This document shows positions 59,848-64,000 of a DNA stretch of 64,000 nt, piece by piece. The translations under genes and the position numbers were made by a program. Numbering within the stretch: the stretch's first letter is position 1; every line of letters begins with the position of its first letter. The stretch is from Candidatus Latescibacterota bacterium (lineage in GTDB: Bacteria > Latescibacterota > UBA2968 > GCA-2709665): assembly GCA_965116875.1 (NCBI GenBank), contig OZ220733.1, positions 5,312,001 through 5,376,000 on the forward strand. The letters are read 5' to 3'. Under the pieces are notes generated by a model that saw only the letters and a program-made list of their open reading frames with translations, made no database searches and had not been told where the DNA came from.

Positions 59848-62229
59848 TTACTCTTCGCGAATGGCGTCTGCAGGATTCAGCCTGGCCGCCCGAAGGGTTT
59901 GTCCGGCGACAATGAATACTACGATCGACAACGCGAGCAACGTCGAATAGACAAACACATCGGCAGTCATCTGAATCCTGAAGGCGAAATCCTGCAGCCA
60001 TCGGGACATCACAAGATATGCGACAGGCCACGCCAGGAAACCGGCCAGGAGACCCATAGGCGCGAACTTTCTCAATTGCATCGCCACAACGCGCCATTTC
60101 GACGCACCCAGAACTCGACGAACGCCTATCTGCTTCGTGTCCCGTTCAACCGTCGATTTGACGAATCCCGCCAGACCCATTCCAGCCAACAACAGCGTGA
60201 TGCAGCCGCAGATGCCAACAATTCCCATCAACGCAGTTTCTTTTGCGCGCAGCCGTTCAAACCGATCTGCCAGGAATCCGCTATTTGATGGGAATGCCGT
60301 CCGGGGAGCAACTCGGGCCCACGTCTGACGAATCCAGTCTACGGCATCCTCTGTTCGTTCCGGATGGATTCTTGCCAATATGCCAGGGCCGCTTTCAACG
60401 AGGAAAATGCCAAGTGGTTCGACCGGATTTCTCGGTGACATAAAATGGAAATCCCTGACCACACCCACAACGGTTCGACGTTGCCTCCACCAGGTGATTT
60501 CCTCCCCGATCGGCGAATTCAGTCCCAGCAGTCTTGCGGCTGTTTCATTGAGCAGACAGGTGCGCAGGGTTTCATCCTGGACGGAAAAATCGCGTCCCTT
60601 TTCGATTTCAATGCCCAGGGTCTCCAGGTAGCGACGGCTCGCCGCGAGACTTCGAATGGATACATTGCCGGAGACGGAACGACCCCGTGCCGTGTAGCTT
60701 TGCAGATTTCCTCCCGGGATGCCGCCGGATGCAACATCGAGAATGGATGGAGATCGTTTCAACTCCCGCTCGATCGTCAGCCGTTGGGAAGCCGACAGTC
60801 CCGGAGTCGAAAAATAGAAGACCTGCTCGGGCGACAGACCCAGGCTCCTTTTGTCGATGTGATTCAACTGCAGGAATACGATTGACGCGCCAATCAGCAG
60901 AAACGTGGAAGCTGCAAATTGAAACACGAACAGGACGTTCCGGAGCCATGCCGCCGTGCTGAATTTCAACCAGCCCGCCGCAATTTGAGGCGGCTGTGCC
61001 CCGTGCAGCCAGAGAGCGGGAGACGTCCCAATCCCAACGAACAGAAAGAGGAGAAGCACGAAACACGTTGCCATTACGCCGGCAACCTGTTCAACCTCGT
61101 AGGATTGGACCGTGAGCGTGACGCGATTCAACCAGGGCAGACACAAGGTTGCGATTGCGACAGAGGCCAGCAGCGCCACTGTGACGATCAAGACTGAATC
61201 TGCCGCCATCTGAAAAACCGGTTCGGATCGCCTTGCCCCGAAAACCTTCCTTGCTCCGATTTCCCTCGAGCGGTCCTGAAATCGGACCGTGTTGAAATTC
61301 ACAACATTGGTACCGACGCCGACCAAAATGAAAAACACCAGGACTGCAGGGACGTAGATATAGATGGATCGGCTGCGGCTCACGTTCGCCGAGAACTGTT
61401 GATTTTGCGATGGGTCAAGATGGATATCCGTCAATGGCTGGAGAGAGAGCAGAAAGCGTTTGGCGTCTCGATTTCCGTAGAATCCCCGGATGAATTCGCG
61501 TTCCTGCGCAACAAAGTCACCGGGTGTATAGCCTTCATCAAGCAGCACGTACGTGTAGACGGACATCCAGCCCCTGGAATTGAGATAGGTCGGGAGATGG
61601 CTGGTAACAGTGTTCATTGAGAACAGATAGTCAAAGGAGATGTGCGAATTCCGTGGAACGTCCTTCAGGACACCGGTTACCGTCAAGAAATACGCTTTGC
61701 CCTTGAATTCCCCCGCTTTGATAACCTTGCCCACGGGATCGGAATCCCCGAACAGCCTTCTTGCCAGGGATTCTGCAATCACAATCGAAAAGGGCTTTGC
61801 GAGCGCATTCCGGACGTCTCCCCTGTCCAGTGGAAACGTGAAAATATCGAATATGTTGGCATCCACGCAAAAACCCGACGCGCGGATTTTACGGTCCTGG
61901 TACTCAACAACCCGGTTAAAGCGGAAAAACCGGACGTAGTCAAGGACAAAGGGAAATTCTTCAGCCAGACGCGGTCCCATGAACCACGCGGACTGATGCC
62001 AGATGCGTTCACCATTATCGAATTTCTGACGTACTGTCAGACGAAACATCCGTTCTGCATTCTTGTGAAACCGGTCATAGCTGCGTTCATTCTGCACGTA
62101 GATTGCGATCAATAATACGGCAGCGATACCTGCCGCCATCCCAGAGATGTTTACTATTGAAGCGACCTTGTGTCTCGAAAGACTGCGCCACGTAACGGCA
62201 AGGTTCGATTTCAACATTCTGTTGCTCAA
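59848..62229 (-). CDS. ABC transporter permease with duplicated MacB/FtsX domains
   Basis: ERSYDRFH, LQPLTDIHL, REIGARKVFGA, KQIGVRRVLGAS, AARLNPADAIREE. Confidence 0.9.
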   Translation of the reverse strand: MSNRMLKSNLAVTWRSLSRHKVASIVNISGMAAGIAAVLLIAIYVQNERSYDRFHKNAERMFRLTVRQKFDNGERIWHQSAWFMGPRLAEEFPFVLDYVRFFRFNRVVEYQDRKIRASGFCVDANIFDIFTFPLDRGDVRNALAKPFSIVIAESLARRLFGDSDPVGKVIKAGEFKGKAYFLTVTGVLKDVPRNSHISFDYLFSMNTVTSHLPTYLNSRGWMSVYTYVLLDEGYTPGDFVAQEREFIRGFYGNRDAKRFLLSLQPLTDIHLDPSQNQQFSANVSRSRSIYIYVPAVLVFFILVGVGTNVVNFNTVRFQDRSREIGARKVFGARRSEPVFQMAADSVLIVTVALLASVAIATLCLPWLNRVTLTVQSYEVEQVAGVMATCFVLLLFLFVGIGTSPALWLHGAQPPQIAAGWLKFSTAAWLRNVLFVFQFAASTFLLIGASIVFLQLNHIDKRSLGLSPEQVFYFSTPGLSASQRLTIERELKRSPSILDVASGGIPGGNLQSYTARGRSVSGNVSIRSLAASRRYLETLGIEIEKGRDFSVQDETLRTCLLNETAARLLGLNSPIGEEITWWRQRRTVVGVVRDFHFMSPRNPVEPLGIFLVESGPGILARIHPERTEDAVDWIRQTWARVAPRTAFPSNSGFLADRFERLRAKETALMGIVGICGCITLLLAGMGLAGFVKSTVERDTKQIGVRRVLGASKWRVVAMQLRKFAPMGLLAGFLAWPVAYLVMSRWLQDFAFRIQMTADVFVYSTLLALSIVVFIVAGQTLRAARLNPADAIREE

Positions 62230-62321
62230 TCGAAAGTGGCAATGCCGGGACTTCGCACTCGCCGAACGCTTCTGTCATTTCGAGAGTCGGATTTTCGGTG
62301 GTCGATCCCGAGGGCTGAATG

Positions 62322-62690
62322 CTAGCCGTTTTTGTCCTGCGCAATACACAGGCTGTTTCCGTCGGGGTCCTCGAAGCTGAACTCGATATTTCCCCAACTC
62401 TGGTCCCAGAGTTTTCCAACCGCGATACCGGCTTGCCCATACTCCGCGTAGACGGCCGCCGCGTCTTCGACGTAGATCTGAACAGTCCGCGCCCCGGGTG
62501 GACCGTCGCCGGGAAATGAAGAAATGACGACGTGGGCCCCATCCCGGACGACGCCCATGTAGCAGGGGTCGAGTTTTTCCGGATGGGGTCGCCAGGCGTA
62601 CACCCGGCGGAACCCGAGCTTTCGGCAGTAGAACTCCTCGGCGACCTCCGAACTCGAAACGCCCAGAATGGGTACCGCTTCTTTAAACAC
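62322..62690 (-). CDS. VOC/bleomycin-resistance family protein
   Basis: FYCRKLGF, WGNIEFSFEDPDGN. Confidence 0.88.
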   Translation of the reverse strand: MFKEAVPILGVSSSEVAEEFYCRKLGFRRVYAWRPHPEKLDPCYMGVVRDGAHVVISSFPGDGPPGARTVQIYVEDAAAVYAEYGQAGIAVGKLWDQSWGNIEFSFEDPDGNSLCIAQDKNG

Positions 62691-62748
62691 GATATACTCT
62701 CCATCTTTTGAAGCCTGTGTTCAGTCTTCGATATTTCTCCAGTCCAGA

Positions 62749-63243
62749 TCAATCCAACTCGCCAACGTCCAGTGACCGGACCGTCACGGTCGACCCCCAG
62801 CCCGGTCCGATGCACACCGGACCCATCAGACCCCGATAGTCGATCCGGTGAGACTCATCTCCGCTTTCACCCTCATTGCTAAACCTGAGTTCATCGTCGA
62901 CCAACACACGCATAAAATCCCGTTCGATTACCCACGACACCCTTACCCAGGAGTCCTGGGGAATCCGTCCCTGTCCTCTGACATGGAACGGATGCCCGTA
63001 CACCGGCTCATAACAGGCCATCTGATCCGGCACGGCTTCCCAGTTCAATATAACGTGCCCCTTGGCGTAATGGAGACGCAGATTTGTCGAATCCGTCTTC
63101 GCCACCGCTTTGATCGTCAGCGGTACCTCGTATACCTCGGGGGTGCGGACGTAGCCGTATCCGGATAGAACAAGATGTTCACTGTCGCATTTTGCAACAC
63201 ATTGGCTGACTGGCAGCATATCAGCGAGTGGAATCTCTTTCAT
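62749..63243 (-). CDS. hypothetical protein (beta-sandwich-like)
   Basis: 164-aa ORF with GAGGAG RBS. Confidence 0.65.
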   Translation of the reverse strand: MKEIPLADMLPVSQCVAKCDSEHLVLSGYGYVRTPEVYEVPLTIKAVAKTDSTNLRLHYAKGHVILNWEAVPDQMACYEPVYGHPFHVRGQGRIPQDSWVRVSWVIERDFMRVLVDDELRFSNEGESGDESHRIDYRGLMGPVCIGPGWGSTVTVRSLDVGELD

Positions 63244-63405
63244 CGTCTTCTCCTCTCATTTCAAACCAACTTCCAGGGCACGACCCGGATTTCATCAAGT
63301 CAATCCACAATGGCAGGGATCATCAGGTTTTATTGCGCCAGCACGCAGGACCGGCAGAAGAATTCCCGAACGTCTGGGTACGTTTCGCACGTGACTCTAC
63401 TGTCT

Positions 63406-63792
63406 TCAATCCGTTTCGAATACATGCTCGGTCAACCATTCGACCAGACTCTCTCTTGAAACCTGGCCGGAAGCAACACCTATAATAAGGGTCTCTTGTT
63501 CATCCACGCTGGCCCTGATTTCATGCCCATTCAGAATCAGGAATACTTCCATCGCCGCATGGCCCAATCTCTTGTTCCCATCGACAAAGGGATGGTTTTG
63601 CACCAGGGAAAAGCATAGCGCGCCGGCTTTCTCGATCAGCGAAGGATATAGATCCCGCCCCCCAAAAGAAATACGGGGCTGCGCAACGGCCGACTCTAAT
63701 CTGCCTGTATCGCGCAACCCCGGTGAACCGCCACTTTGATCAACGACACGTCTGTGAAGTTCAATCACCTCTGCCAGAGAGAGATACCTCAT
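63406..63792 (-). CDS. Fic/Doc (death-on-curing) family toxin
   Basis: [10 protein letters not shown]. Confidence 0.92.
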   Translation of the reverse strand: MRYLSLAEVIELHRRVVDQSGGSPGLRDTGRLESAVAQPRISFGGRDLYPSLIEKAGALCFSLVQNHPFVDGNKRLGHAAMEVFLILNGHEIRASVDEQETLIIGVASGQVSRESLVEWLTEHVFETD

Positions 63793-63986
63793 TAACTCAG
63801 CCTTCTATAGAGTTCCTCATTCTTGCTTAAGACACGCTGTGCTGCGGCTTCGAAATCTTCTTGAAGCTTATCAAGCAAATCCTCCAACGCAGCTCTTGCA
63901 AGCTCCTCCGGACGTATTCCAAGTCGTCTGGCGGTTAAATCCAACTTTTCGTTTTGTGAATCTGTGAGTTCCAGAAAAAGCTTCAT
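63792..63986 (-). CDS. ribbon-helix-helix-type antitoxin
   Basis: 64 aa, overlaps the toxin start, ends [10 protein letters not shown]. Confidence 0.8.
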   Translation of the reverse strand: MKLFLELTDSQNEKLDLTARRLGIRPEELARAALEDLLDKLQEDFEAAAQRVLSKNEELYRRLS

Positions 63987-64000
63987 TTCAGTTCCTCCGT

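Overview
This GC-rich bacterial accessory region has about 66 CDS, all but four on the minus strand. Most are small, functionally unrelated enzymes: GNAT x5, VOC x5, phosphotransferase-like x4, nucleotidyltransferases, SAM methyltransferases, HAD, GFA and nitrilase-family proteins, plus toxin-antitoxin genes and remnants and a SIR2-SEC-C protein. No rRNA, tRNA, CRISPR array or integron integrase was recognised. Highlights: (1) A nested mobile structure at 2739-5017. An IS110/IS1111-type element (CT core, 12-bp sub-terminal IRs, junction promoter) sits inside a REP-like module of an ~680-bp MITE with a perfect 9-bp TSD. Its downstream non-coding region contains a 10-nt match to the reconstructed insertion site (bridge-RNA-like target guide) plus an apparent extra loop module. 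Three sister MITE copies lack the CT core and are empty, and a 146-bp minimal copy also occurs. (2) A tandem-duplicated leader of two His/CxxC-rich, RAPP-ending peptides (CruR/DUF2946-like), each followed by conserved non-coding blocks, lies upstream of a TonB-dependent receptor and is a candidate double metal-sensing attenuator. (3) A second, 160-bp MITE with TTAG TSDs, self-nested palindromic repeats and degenerate attC-like sites suggest an eroded cassette-like array. All product calls come from motifs read by eye, without database searches.
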